Assembly (NCBI GenBank): GCA_000002445.1
Contig: CP000070.1
Span: 832,001-896,000, forward strand
DNA from: Trypanosoma brucei
Taxonomy: Eukaryota
Direction of reading: 5' to 3'
DNA length: 64,000 bases
This document shows positions 20,794-32,800 of this stretch, in pieces. The notes under the pieces are model-generated. The model made no database searches. It saw nothing but the letters and a program-made list of their open reading frames with translations, and was not told the DNA's origin. The position numbers were made by a program, and so were the translations under genes. Numbering within the stretch: the stretch's first letter is position 1; each line of letters begins with the position of its first letter.

Positions 20794-21859
20794 ATCGATT
20801 AATGAGTGAACGCAACTTGGCCTTCTTTCTGGGCACGAGAGCACCTACTCTTTTCTCTCAATCTGTTTGCCCGGCTGTTCTCCCCCTGCGCGTGCCCTTG
20901 AAGCCGTTCTTCCTTTTTCTCGGTAACTTCGTAAATTAACCAACACATATTGGGAAGGGAGAAACGAACATAAACAGTTGGGGGCAAGGTTACATAATTG
21001 CACACATCAGTCCATTGAACGCCGCAACAGATCCAAAAGCAGTTGAGGTTACCTACCATTTTCTCTCAATGGCTACTACCGAACTTGCCCCTGGTAAGGC
21101 ACGCTCGTGTAGTGACAATCTAAAATACACATCAGGAGGGAACGCTAGCAGGTCACAAGCCACCGAAGATGCACACGGAAGGGGATAATAACAAAAAAAA
21201 GAAAGAACAATATGAATATGGTTGTAGCTGAGCAGATGCCCGTGTGAAGGGGGATTATGAGCAAAAGAACTGTAAAATGATAGTGGCACACATTGGTTTG
21301 ACAGCGGGAGCACAAACCCACCCACTTCCACTATGTGGTAGGGGCCATCGAATTGAGTTACCCATCAGGAATCCCCATTTCCCTCCTGGCGAGCAAGAAC
21401 ACTAAAAAGCTATGCATACAGAAGTATTTCTACAGGATGAAAAGTATCATAAGGTGGTGCCCGCTTTGAGTATCACGTGCATCTCCCAAACCACTTAAAG
21501 ATTCACCGAGGTCAAAACCCCAAAGAAGGGAGAAACAATTTGGGAAAGACACATACACATAGTGAAGGGTTAAGTTTGGCCATTCCCTCAGTTGGGCGTC
21601 ATTTTACATTGTTAATCCCCCCTCCCTAATTTCCCACCCGGTGGTGTGCTATTCCCACACTAACAGGTTGCGGTGCATATTACATTGAGGTAGGCCTAAG
21701 TGACTGACCTTCAATCGCTAATTTACACATGCGCCAAGCCATAGTACGCATCGGCTTCACTTACCTTGGCATCCTTTGTGATGTATCAACCGAACGCAGC
21801 TTGGTAATCAGTACCAACAGCTCTAGGGTGTACGCCCCTCCGAAGATCTTACAGACTGT

Positions 21860-22846
21860 CTACAGAGAATCCTCTACAATATTAAGACAGTGAGAGCTCT
21901 TCTCACTCGAGGAGCGACTACGCGGCGACATGAACGTATCACTCTTGACCCTAGCGGCCGTCGACGCCAAAGCCGCTGCCTCAATCGCTCGACGCATCGC
22001 CTCAGACTCGAGTGGTTTTATGATCCTGAGCGTCAGGTTCGTCGCCAGCCGTTCACCATCAATCATAGTCTCTTCCCGACCTGCACCACCCTGCGCACCG
22101 ATGAAAGGTGACGCCTGAAGCTCCATGCGGGAGACAACACTCTTCCGCTGCTCTTCATCGCTCCAGAACTCCTCGGGGACGTCCGAAAGGCAGCGCGGTT
22201 GGCCTTGTGCGAAGGTTGCCGGAGTTTTCGCTTCCGCAGCAACACATGGCGCAACGACGAGTGATTTGGCCCACTTCCTAGACTGTGGCGCCCTCTCGCC
22301 ACCTAGCAGTGCCTGCAGCGGGAGGACAGGCATCACCTCACGCAGGTGCTCTGCCCACAGTCGTCTATCGCCTTTACGGCAATACAGCCAGTTACGGGCG
22401 AGTGTGCTGTTGCTGCTAGTGTCAACAGGTGGGGCCTCTACTTCCTCCCCTTCCCCAGATACAGATGCGTTAGTTATCTGTTTATCAGATTCTCCTGTAT
22501 TACCAGACTGCTGAGCTGCTAAAATAGTTCCAGTCTCGCTCACTTCAGGTGTCAAGGGCCCACCAGCAGAGGGGTCAGGAATCTTCGTCTGTTCGCCGCT
22601 GCCGTAAACCAGACCATCTGAAAATACAAATGCACCAGACACATTGCGACCGTTTTCCCACACACCAACATAATGACCGCCCCCACGCTCCTTGGCGAAA
22701 AAGAGGGTTCCATGCCCGTGCATGCAGCCATCCCTGTGGGCTCCGACGTACGTGTCGCCGTTGGCGAAGGTGAAAATCCCCTGCCCATCGAACCGGCGGT
22801 CATCAGAGGTTCGCTCCCCTCGGTAGCTGCAGCCCGTGTAAAACAT
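21860..22846 (-). CDS. MORN-repeat protein (N-terminal MORN repeats, divergent C-terminal half)
   Basis: 'YEG/YVG..G..HG.G' MORN units ('FANGDTYVGAHRDGCMHGHG', 'GGHYVGVWENGRNVSG', 'FSDGLVYGSGE'). An upstream ATG at 22930 adds 28 Cys-rich residues and lies in or next to the pyrimidine tract. I prefer the ATG at 22846 ('MFYTGCSYRG'). Confidence 0.7.
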   Translation of the reverse strand: MFYTGCSYRGERTSDDRRFDGQGIFTFANGDTYVGAHRDGCMHGHGTLFFAKERGGGHYVGVWENGRNVSGAFVFSDGLVYGSGEQTKIPDPSAGGPLTPEVSETGTILAAQQSGNTGESDKQITNASVSGEGEEVEAPPVDTSSNSTLARNWLYCRKGDRRLWAEHLREVMPVLPLQALLGGERAPQSRKWAKSLVVAPCVAAEAKTPATFAQGQPRCLSDVPEEFWSDEEQRKSVVSRMELQASPFIGAQGGAGREETMIDGERLATNLTLRIIKPLESEAMRRAIEAAALASTAARVKSDTFMSPRSRSSSEKSSHCLNIVEDSL

Positions 22847-23889
22847 AACTGCAGGTTGTGCTGATGCTTTTTTTTTTGTTCCTTCCTTGTATGTACAGAC
22901 CCGTATACAGGCATACATGCATATACACATTTGTATAAATCAACCACATGTAAAGGATGAAGGAAAGGGATAAATTTCCCGTTAATTTTCGGAGTATTGA
23001 GGGTGACGTGAAAAAAAATAAATCACACAGTAACGTGAAAGGGATAAAAGCACGGAAAATGAGTCGTGTGCACACTCACACTATGTCCATGTGCAGATGT
23101 GAGACTGCAAAAGACGAATCGGGCGCCTCGGAGCCTGGTACTGTCAAAAAAACTGAACTGCCTCACAGATGAGCAAATAGGTAACTCAGCCGCAAAGCAT
23201 GGAAGGGAGGGGAAGAAAATATGAGACCATGGATCTCAATCGGAACAAAGCATAGCCTTTTACAGACGCGCCTCGTGTACACAAGTCCTTTTTCTTAAGC
23301 ACATGTTACCACCCAACACATGAAAACTGTCACGGGTACTTATGCACCTGCAGTGGGCAGTGTACGCTATACCACAGTTGCAGCGACCTGTAGAGCAACA
23401 ACAATGAGGGAACGGAGAAACCACAGAACCTCCTCAGCAGAGTAACGGAAGGGAAAGGTGATCGAAATCAGGGGCAATAGGTTGTTCAAAGGCGACTAAA
23501 ACACGTACGCGGAATGCCCATATTAATATGTTGCAAGAAGGTGACGCGCCCAAGCGAGAGCTCCTCGGAAGGCGAAAGGCCAAAGGCGCCAAAGAAAGAG
23601 GAAAAAAAAGAGAAAAAGCGGGGAGAGGAAGGGGAAGAACACAAGAAAGAGGTTCGCCGCGACTCTCATTCGCACCCACGCACACAAACACCCACCCACG
23701 TGCGCGGAGGCCAGTGTGGAGATGCAAACAAAGAGTTCCCCAACTGTGTGAAACTATATACAAATATGTAAGAATCATGCATATATATATTTGCCTGTTA
23801 AAGGTGAGTTGTAGAATTGTGACAACCCTCCTGGAGGATCATAACACCATCCTCTCCCTGCAAGTGAAGGGGAACACATCACCGCATGT

Positions 23890-24294
23890 TCAACCAAATG
23901 TATTTTCCACACCATACGACACGTACAGAAAGCCATCAGGGTCTTTTGCCCTTGCGTAAATGTCTCCCAAGCAGGCACTGTTCGGCGGTAGTTCATTTCC
24001 TATAAACACAAATACGGCTTGACCCTCTTCTAGCAGCAGCCGCTGCCGCAGCGCCATCATGAACTCCATAACGGTAGCAGTTTCAGGGAGAAGAAACTTA
24101 TTACAGTCCAGCTCGCGCTGCACCTGCTGCCGTGTGGAGAAGAGCCTCACATCACGCGGTGTAGAGGCGCTAGCGGCTGAAGTGGGCTCGCAAAGGATGG
24201 GAATGTGTTTGGGGTAGCGCAAGCGCGCGGATTCTGTTTCCTTCGCGCGTTCAGCAAAACTACGTGTGTACTGGTACCGGTAGTGTGAAGGCAT
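23890..24294 (-). CDS. ATG8/ATG12-family ubiquitin-like protein (134 aa) ending in an exposed C-terminal Gly
   Basis: ATG8-fold signature throughout; C-terminus '...DGFLYVSYGVENTFG*'. ATG at 24292-24294 checked. The 151-aa track ORF starts at GTG. Confidence 0.8.
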   Translation of the reverse strand: MPSHYRYQYTRSFAERAKETESARLRYPKHIPILCEPTSAASASTPRDVRLFSTRQQVQRELDCNKFLLPETATVMEFMMALRQRLLLEEGQAVFVFIGNELPPNSACLGDIYARAKDPDGFLYVSYGVENTFG

Positions 24295-25111
24295 AAATGT
24301 AATGACTGTGAAACTGGTACCTCTGCAGCCCCGTAATACAGTCACTGATACTACTATTCACTTGCAATACGAAGCTCACCTTTCTTCCTTCTCCCCTTTG
24401 CCTATAATGACACACACAAAACGCACACGCGGTCCCTTGATATCTAACAACTCCCGCCAACGCCTACAAGGCTCTAATGCTCTTCGACTAGACGGTGTTT
24501 AGGGCAATGAAACGGAGGAAGGGGAACAAGCACAGATTATACCTTGTAGAGAAAGCTGCACAAACATGTTCGTATGGTCTGAAACGATAGGGAGAACAGC
24601 CAAAGCAGCTCCAAAGGGAAGGGTAGCGATGCTATTTTCTTATGCACACGCAAGAACGTGCACATGTAACGCACTCGGGTATACGTCACACAGTTTTTCT
24701 TCCGAAACGACGGGATGACCAAAGAAGAGGAGAAAGACATTCCGTCACGATGACGCCGCTGTCACCTACTTTCAAACCACTCCAAGAATGGGCAAACTAG
24801 GAACCACTACACGAACCTGCTGGTCTCAGCATTTAAAAAAAAAAAAACATCGCAGCGCATCCCCTCCCCGAGTTTCAAAGTAATCCGTGTTGCAGCCGTC
24901 ATATGCTTTCACGTTACCTTCGTATTCACCTATACCTGGTAGCGCACGCAATCGTAAGATCCGTGAAAACACACATACGACACCTTACCAGACACTGCAC
25001 GAGTCAACACAATGGCTTCCTTGTAAGCATCTAAGCACCTAAACGAACGGACATGTATTTATATTTTTTTTTATACCTACAGAACACACAAGTCAACATC
25101 AACTGCTTCAC

Positions 25112-25131
25112 GTGTGTGTGTGTGTGTGTGT
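25112..25131. repeat. (GT)10 microsatellite in the 2.6-kb intergenic region
   Basis: 'gtgtgtgtgtgtgtgtgtgt' read directly. Confidence 0.9.
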
Positions 25132-26887
25132 CTATGGAGGGAGCGACGACAACGATGAATAAAGAAGGAAAAAAGTTTAAGTCCACAAAAGAAAGTTTAA
25201 GTCGGAGGCCTCCACTGACACCGTTGGCTCAGCAGAGAAAGGGGTGGAGAAGGAGGAGGAATGGGTAAATGAGAGATGTAAAAAAGATCGTGACACCAAT
25301 GAAGTTATAAAAAGAGACCAGAGACGGAATACCTTGGACGCAGACCGTGTCAACATACCAACAAAAACAATTTTAAAAACAAAAAAATGAAGGTATTCTT
25401 GCCAATGAAAAGGGAGAGAACAGTGCGAAAACAGTCAACAGACAAGCACTTGGTATTCACGGACAGTGCAGAGACATTAGAGCGACCCCATCAACCGAAG
25501 GAAAAAAAAGAGAAATAGAAAAAGGGAGGCAACCGCGCGATGATCACAAAACAAAAAAAAATCTTACTCCCTCTCTCTGTTTTACAGCTTTTTCTTCTAT
25601 TTCCTATGCCCTCAGAAGCTGATCGTAGTGGTATAAATAATATACGAACAGTTAAAATGGGAAAAGGAGGAGAGTTACTTACTTTCCTCTCATCCTTCGT
25701 TTTGCTGTCGTTCCTTCTTCACTTGTGTTTCTCCCCATACGAAGCTTTCCAAACTACTTCTAAACCTTTCTCCTCGTCGTTGGCCACCGTCCGAAATTAC
25801 TTGGAAAAGAACAGCGACAAAAAAAAAATCACATATACACATACATACGTATGGACAAACGCTGGGGAAAGAGTGGCAAAAAGAAAAAAAGAAAGAAAAG
25901 TGCGACCAAAAAAAGGAAAACAAAAACCGTGGAATAAAAGCGAGACTGGGTCGCAGAACCGCGTGATATCCGCTGCCGAATATAAAACCCCTCCTTCCCC
26001 TTCGTATCAACACCTAATCGTAACTGTTAACGGTTAGGATGTTGAAAGCTTGCGAGGAAACCTGCGCGTGTGGGGTGGCATTATCTAGTAAAGGAAAAGA
26101 GTTGGGTCAACCGCAAATGCATACGTCTTATTTTTGTTGTTGTTGTTAAAGGGAAAACGGGGTTTACGCAATGAAAAAAAAATGCATACATGCGGGTGCC
26201 CACGCAGCTACTCCGTGCAGTATCGGGCAACATGGGAACGGCAGGAATGGAAAGACGCCAACCCCGTCGATACACCGTGCACTAAAAAGTGCAGTTCATC
26301 CGTAACGACAACAAGCAACAGTAAGGCAGCAGGAGCGTTAAACGCCACCATCACGGAAAAGAAGATTGCCGCCGCGTGCAAGTGGTTTGCACGACAGTAA
26401 CCCGGGAGCTTGCTGCTGCATTGGCACATGACCCTCTAAAAGAAAACAAAAACTTAACCCTCCTGTTATAGGCTCACAGAGGCTCGGTGGGCCGAAAAAT
26501 GGGGGGAATGCAAACCAAGAGACGAAAGGGAAAGACGTATATAAAGGAAAAAACGGCCGCTTCTGCCGCAGCTGCTACTCTGCGGCATCAACTATTTCAT
26601 TTGCAGTGTCTCAATGACACCTTAACTCACCGTTTTTCCTGAACTTTCTGTTTACTCTTTTTGTTCTTCCCCCGTAAATTGGATTCCCCTATAACGTGAA
26701 GACCTCCCTCCCCTCCGGTAAATACATCTTTCCTACCCCCCCCCACGCAGCTGCTTTCGCTGCACCAAACACTCCATCCACTAGCAAAGCTCTATTGAAA
26801 CAAAAATATTCGTTACATTAGACATCATTCATCGACTGTAACCTAGGTAGTGTATGAGATACCGTATCAATTACACACTGAGTGTCA

Positions 26888-29800
26888 TCAATGGTGCGCC
26901 CATGGCCCTCCCAAATGCGTTGTTGGGCAACCGGTTGCGTCGCCCTCGTCCTCATCGTCTTCACCTTCCTCAACAGAGCGCAAAAGCGATATCTCACGCA
27001 AAAGCTCCTTTGCACTCGTGGCAGAAACCTGACAACCACGAATGCGCGAGTCCAGATCCGTCATCAGTCCACCTATGTTGCGATTTAGCTCATCCACCAC
27101 ATCGTCGTGTTGTCTCCCTTTAGACTGTAATTCGACCATAAGTGCCTCTTTTTCACGCTTCAAACGCTCAAGCTGATGGCGCATCGAGCTAATGATATCT
27201 GTCCCACCCACGGCCAGATTGCTTGCAGACGGTACAGTCACCGCTGAGGTGGTGGAATTGCCAGTCTCTCCGAGATGCTCTGACGATGTCCAGGGGAGGG
27301 GAACGGGCATACCACCCTGTAGTTCCTCGATTCTGGCCTCCAGTTGTTGCATGACTGCCTCCACCTCACGCATCTCGTCGTCCTTAGCGTCTTGCAGGTC
27401 AAAGAGTTCCTGTTCACGGGCCTCCAGGGCCATCAACGCCGCCTTCTCCGCTGCTCGGGCTCCTTCAAGGACATTAACAAACTCATCGAGTTTACCAATG
27501 GTGTCAGTGTATTCAAACCCCTTCTCGTCCAACTCAAGCAACAGTGCAGCAATTTTTCTGTTAAGTGCATCAAGATCCTCTTTGTGAGTGATCTCCCGCT
27601 GTTCTAACTCTTCCCTCAGGGCAGCGTTCTCTTCGCTAAGTTTCTTAACCTCCTGTTCAAGTTCACCTACGAGATAAACGCCACTCATTAACTCTTCAAC
27701 CTTTCCACGGGCCACCTCCACGTGCGAACTTCGTGCCTTTTCAAGCATGTTGAACAGTGAGAGAAGCATCTCGTCACGGAACTTTTTGTCCCTATCTTGG
27801 GTGCAACGAAGTTCAAGTAACTCTTCCTCACGGGCAAAAAGCTCACTGCGCACCGTGCACTCAGCCTGACGAGCCTCATCCAATAGTACGACCATCTCCT
27901 CCATATTCTCCAGCATTTCGGTGTGTTCTGTGGCCCGCTCCTCAAGTTCGTCAAGTAAGTCACCTTCACGTTTCGCGCGAATACGGTCACGGTTGAGGAA
28001 CCCAACGACCAATAAGCACTGCAGCGAAGACAAAGAAGAGCGTTCAATAACCAAACGAGACAAGACCTCATCAACGAAAACACCCTGCTCATCAACCATG
28101 ACACCGCAGGCACGCCGCAAGAATGAAGACATCGTCAAATTGCCGCCACCAGCATCGTTAGTCCCAATACTACTGCCCAAAAGCAGCCGCTGCGTTTCCC
28201 TGAATGGGTAATGCTGAAGCCGTTGAGCAATTTCCGAAGGATGAATGCTTGAAGGATGGGTGACATCAAATTCAACCACACGACCACTCGGAGTGAACGT
28301 TACATTACTCACACAATCCCTGTAGACACGACATGCATTAGCAGCATCAACAACAACAGCACAACGTAACTCTTCCGGTTTATTCTTCAGCAACTCATCT
28401 AACCTCTCACCTTGAAGTTGAACACACTGAGAACTTACCATGCAATCTCCCTCCATCGAAGCCATCCACCGAGAATCATGTTTGCGCTCCTCCTCGCCGC
28501 CACGCGAAGGCTCATTCAACGCTTCCTCTAAGTCGTCCAGAGCGTTCGACATCAACACAGAAGGGCGATCATTGTGCGAAGAAGCGTCCACCACATCGAC
28601 ACCACTCCTCAGTTTTTTCAAAGCATCTACAGCTTTACGAAGCCCATCGCTCTGAGATACCAATTCATTGGTCTTGCGCTCATTCACAGCCTGCAGTTCC
28701 ATCACCTGCTCCTCCATATCACGAAGTCGTCTTTGTTGCTTGTCCAACTCATCTACCCTCAGTTCATCAGTGCCCCGCAATTGTTCATTCTGTGTCAGAA
28801 ATTCTTTCAGACGGTCACCAAGTTCCTGAAGTAGTTCGCCCTGAACAACAAGTTCATGAGATTTAATATCAAGTTCCTTCCGCAACTCGTCGTTTTCCGA
28901 AGATATCTCAGAGAGCTTCAGACGCAATTCCTTCACATCAGATAAAAGACATTCGATTTCTTTAGAATTTTCATCATCAACACTACGGAGATCGATATTT
29001 TCCCGCTTCACAAGAATCAACTCATTTTTGATAACACCAATACCATCACCGTCACCAGAAACATCCACATCAGCACTCTTCTCCTTCAAAAGATATTCAC
29101 CATCAGAATCAATTTTCATAGCACCGTCCTTCGCATCCCGAGAAACATCACGATCATCATTACGTAAAGAAAAAAGTTCGTTACTTCGTCTCAGTTCCTC
29201 ATTCTCAGTGCGTAGTTCAGCAAGTTGCTCCTCCATCTCATGAAGTTTCTCATTCTGCACATCAAGTTCACGTGCCTTGTCCCCTTCAGTATTGCGAAGC
29301 TCCTCATTCTCAGCGCGTAGTTCAGCAAGTTGCTCTTCCATCTCATGAAGTTTCTCATTCTGCACATCAAGTTCACGTGCCTTGTCACCATCAGTATTGC
29401 GAAGCTCCTCATTTTCAGCGCGTAGTTCAGCAAGTTGCTCCTCCATCTCATGAAGTTTCTCATTCTGCACATCAAGTTCACGTGCCTTGTCACCATCAGT
29501 ATTGCGAAGCTCCTCATTTTCAGCGCGTAGTTCGGCAAGTTGCTCCTCCATCTCATGAAGTTTCTCATTCTGCACATCAAGTTCACGTGCCTTGTCACCA
29601 TCAGTATTGCGAAGCTCCTCATTTTCAGCGCGTAGTTCAGCAAGTTGCTCCTCCATCTCATGAAGTTTCTCATTCTGCACATCAAGTTCACGTGCCTTGT
29701 CACCATCAGTATTGCGAAGCTCCTCATTTTCAGCGCGTAGTTCAGCAAGTTGCTCCTCCATCTCATGAAGTTTCTCATTCTGCACATCAAGTTCACGTGC

Positions 29801-32800
29801 CTTGTCACCATCAGTATTGCGAAGCTCCTCATTTTCAGCGCGTAGTTCGGCAAGTTGCTCCTCCATCTCATGAAGTTTCTCATTCTGCACATCAAGTTCA
29901 CGTGCCTTGTCACCATCAGTATTGCGAAGCTCCTCATTTTCAGCGCGTAGTTCAGCAAGTTGCTCCTCCATCTCATGAAGTTTCTCATTCTGCACATCAA
30001 GTTCACGTGCCTTGTCACCATCAGTATTGCGAAGCTCCTCATTTTCAGCGCGTAGTTCAGCAAGTTGCTCCTCCATCTCATGAAGTTTCTCATTCTGCAC
30101 ATCAAGTTCACGTGCCTTGTCACCATCAGTATTGCGAAGCTCCTCATTTTCAGCGCGTAGTTCAGCAAGTTGCTCCTCCATCTCATGAAGTTTCTCATTC
30201 TGCACATCAAGTTCACGTGCCTTGTCCCCTTCAGTATTGCGAAGCTCCTCATTTTCAGCGCGTAGTTCAGCAAGTTGCTCCTCCATCTCATGAAGTTTCT
30301 CATTCTGCACATCAAGTTCACGTGCCTTGTCACCATCAGTATTGCGAAGCTCCTCATTTTCAGCGCGTAGTTCAGCAAGTTGCTCCTCCATCTCATGAAG
30401 TTTCTCATTCTGCACATCAAGTTCACGTGCCTTGTCACCATCAGTATTGCGAAGCTCCTCATTTTCAGCGCGTAGTTCAGCAAGTTGCTCTTCCATCTCA
30501 TGAAGTTTCTCATTCTGTACATCAAGTTCACGTGCCTTGTCACCTTCAGTATTGCGAAGCTCCTCATTCTCAGCGCGTAGTTCAGCAAGTTGCTCCTCCA
30601 TCTCATGAAGTTTCTCATTCTGTACATCAAGTTCACGTGCCTTGTCACCATCAGTATTGCGAAGCTCCTCATTCTCAGCGCGTAGTTCAGCAAGTTGCTC
30701 CTCCATCTCATGAAGTTTCTCATTCTGCACATCAAGTTCACGTGCCTTGTCACCATCAGTATTGCGAAGCTCCTCATTTTCAGCGCGTAGTTCAGCAAGT
30801 TGCTCCTCCATCTCATGAAGTTTCTCATTCTGCACATCAAGTTCACGTGCCTTGTCACCATCAGTATTGCGAAGCTCCTCATTCTCAGCGCGTAGTTCAG
30901 CAAGTTGCTCCTCCATCTCATGAAGTTTCTCATTCTGCACATCAAGTTCACGTGCCTTGTCACCATCAGTATTGCGAAGCTCCTCATTCTCAGCGCGTAG
31001 TTCAGCAAGTTGCTCCTCCATCTCATGAAGTTTCTCATTCTGTACATCAAGTTCACGTGCCTTGTCACCATCAGTATTGCGAAGCTCCTCATTCTCAGCG
31101 CGTAGTTCAGCAAGTTGCTCTTCCATCTCATGAAGTTTCTCATTCTGCACATCAAGTTCACGTGCCTTGTCACCATCAGTATTGCGAAGCTCCTCATTCT
31201 CAGCGCGTAGTTCAGCAAGTTGCTCCTCCATCTCATGAAGTTTCTCGTTCTGCACATCAAGTTCACGTGCCTTGTCACCATCAGTATTGCGAAGCTCCTC
31301 ATTTTCAGCGCGTAGTTCAGCAAGTTGCTCCTCCATCTCATGAAGTTTCTCATTCTGCACATCAAGTTCACGTGCCTTGTCACCATCAGTATTGCGAAGC
31401 TCCTCATTCTCAGCGCGTAGTTCAGCAAGTTGCTCCTCCATCTCATGAAGTTTCTCATTCTGCACATCAAGTTCACGTGCCTTGTCCCCTTCAGTATTGC
31501 GAAGCTCCTCATTCTCAGTGCGTAGTCCATTTATCTTCTGTTCAAGTTCTTTTTGTAGGTAGAGAAGTTGCTGATTTCTTACTTCTAGTTCTCTTAATTT
31601 AGCGTGCTGCTCCTCTCGTATTCCTGTATTTTCGGTGCGCACTTCTCGGAGTTGTTCAACTAGTTCTTGGACTCTTCCTGATTGGACGCATAGATCGAGT
31701 GACTTTTCCACTTCGTGTTCGCGTAGCTGTTCGTTTTCTTTTTGTAGTTCGTTGGCATCTTGCTGTAGTTGTCGTAGTTGTGAATTTAGCTCCTCTATTT
31801 GATTTGTTTTACTGTTACAAATTTGCTGGAGATTGCTGTGAGATTCAGATAAAGTTCTCATCTGCCGATGTACATCCTGTATGTATTCGCTCTGCTTTTT
31901 TGCATCTACAGATATAATTTCATTATTTTTACAGAGTTCCTCATTTTCCCTAGCCAGAGTATTTAATTGGTTCTCTACAGCAGTTAGCCGCGCCTGTTGT
32001 GCAGCTAGTTCATTTGTTTTCTCCTCTTGTAATCGGAGAAGATCATCCCTCTCAGACGAAACATCATGCAGTTTTGCGCCAAGTTCACAGAGTTCTTGTT
32101 CTAGAGTATTCAGTTGTTGACGGCCTTCGTCGATTTGCTCCTTCAATAGATCTAGGCCATCCTTAGGTTCATTTAATTTCAACAGCAGCCGCTGCGTTTC
32201 CCTGAATGGGTAATGCTGAAGCCGTTGAGCAATTTCCGAAGGATGAATGCTTGAAGGATGGGTGACATCAAATTCAACCACACGACCACTCGGAGTGAAC
32301 GTTACATTACTCACACAATCCCTGTAGACACGACATGCATTAGCAGCATCAACAACAACAGCACAACGTAACTCTTCCGGTTTATTCTTCAGCAACTCAT
32401 CTAACCTCTCACCTTGAAGTTGAACACACTGAGAACTTACCATGCAATCTCCCTCCATCGAAGCCATCCACCGAGAATCATGTTTCCGCAGCTCATCATT
32501 TTCAGCACGAATCGCCTTCAGACTCTCTTGTAGCAAAGAAATTTTGGACTCAACGTTAGCAATCAGTTCATTAAGAGACTCAATTTCCTTTGCGTTATCA
32601 GATTCGGCAAGACGAAGTTGCTCATTTTCCTCCTTAAGTTGTTGCAAATGTCGCTCCACCTCGCACACATGTTTCTTGAGCAAATCAAGCTCACGGGCTT
32701 TTTCTTCTTCAGCACGGTGGAGCTCCTCGCTTTCTTTACTCAACTTTTTGATGTGTTGATCCTTTGCCGAACAGAGTTCATTTTGCGCATCAAGCTCAAT

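Noticed and set aside
25540-26037. 165-aa + strand ORF in the 2.6-kb intergenic region
   Set aside because: Lys/Phe/Leu-rich low complexity on the non-transcribed strand, arising from A/T homopolymer runs.
29272-31602. 776-aa + strand ORF ('HQYCEAPHSQRVVQQVAPPSHEVSHSAHQVHVPC' repeats), and the similar 984-aa ORF at 34111-37065
   Set aside because: Antisense to the giant gene. It is open only because the 105-bp repeat lacks stop codons in this frame. The composition is non-protein-like and it lies on the opposite strand to the whole polycistron.
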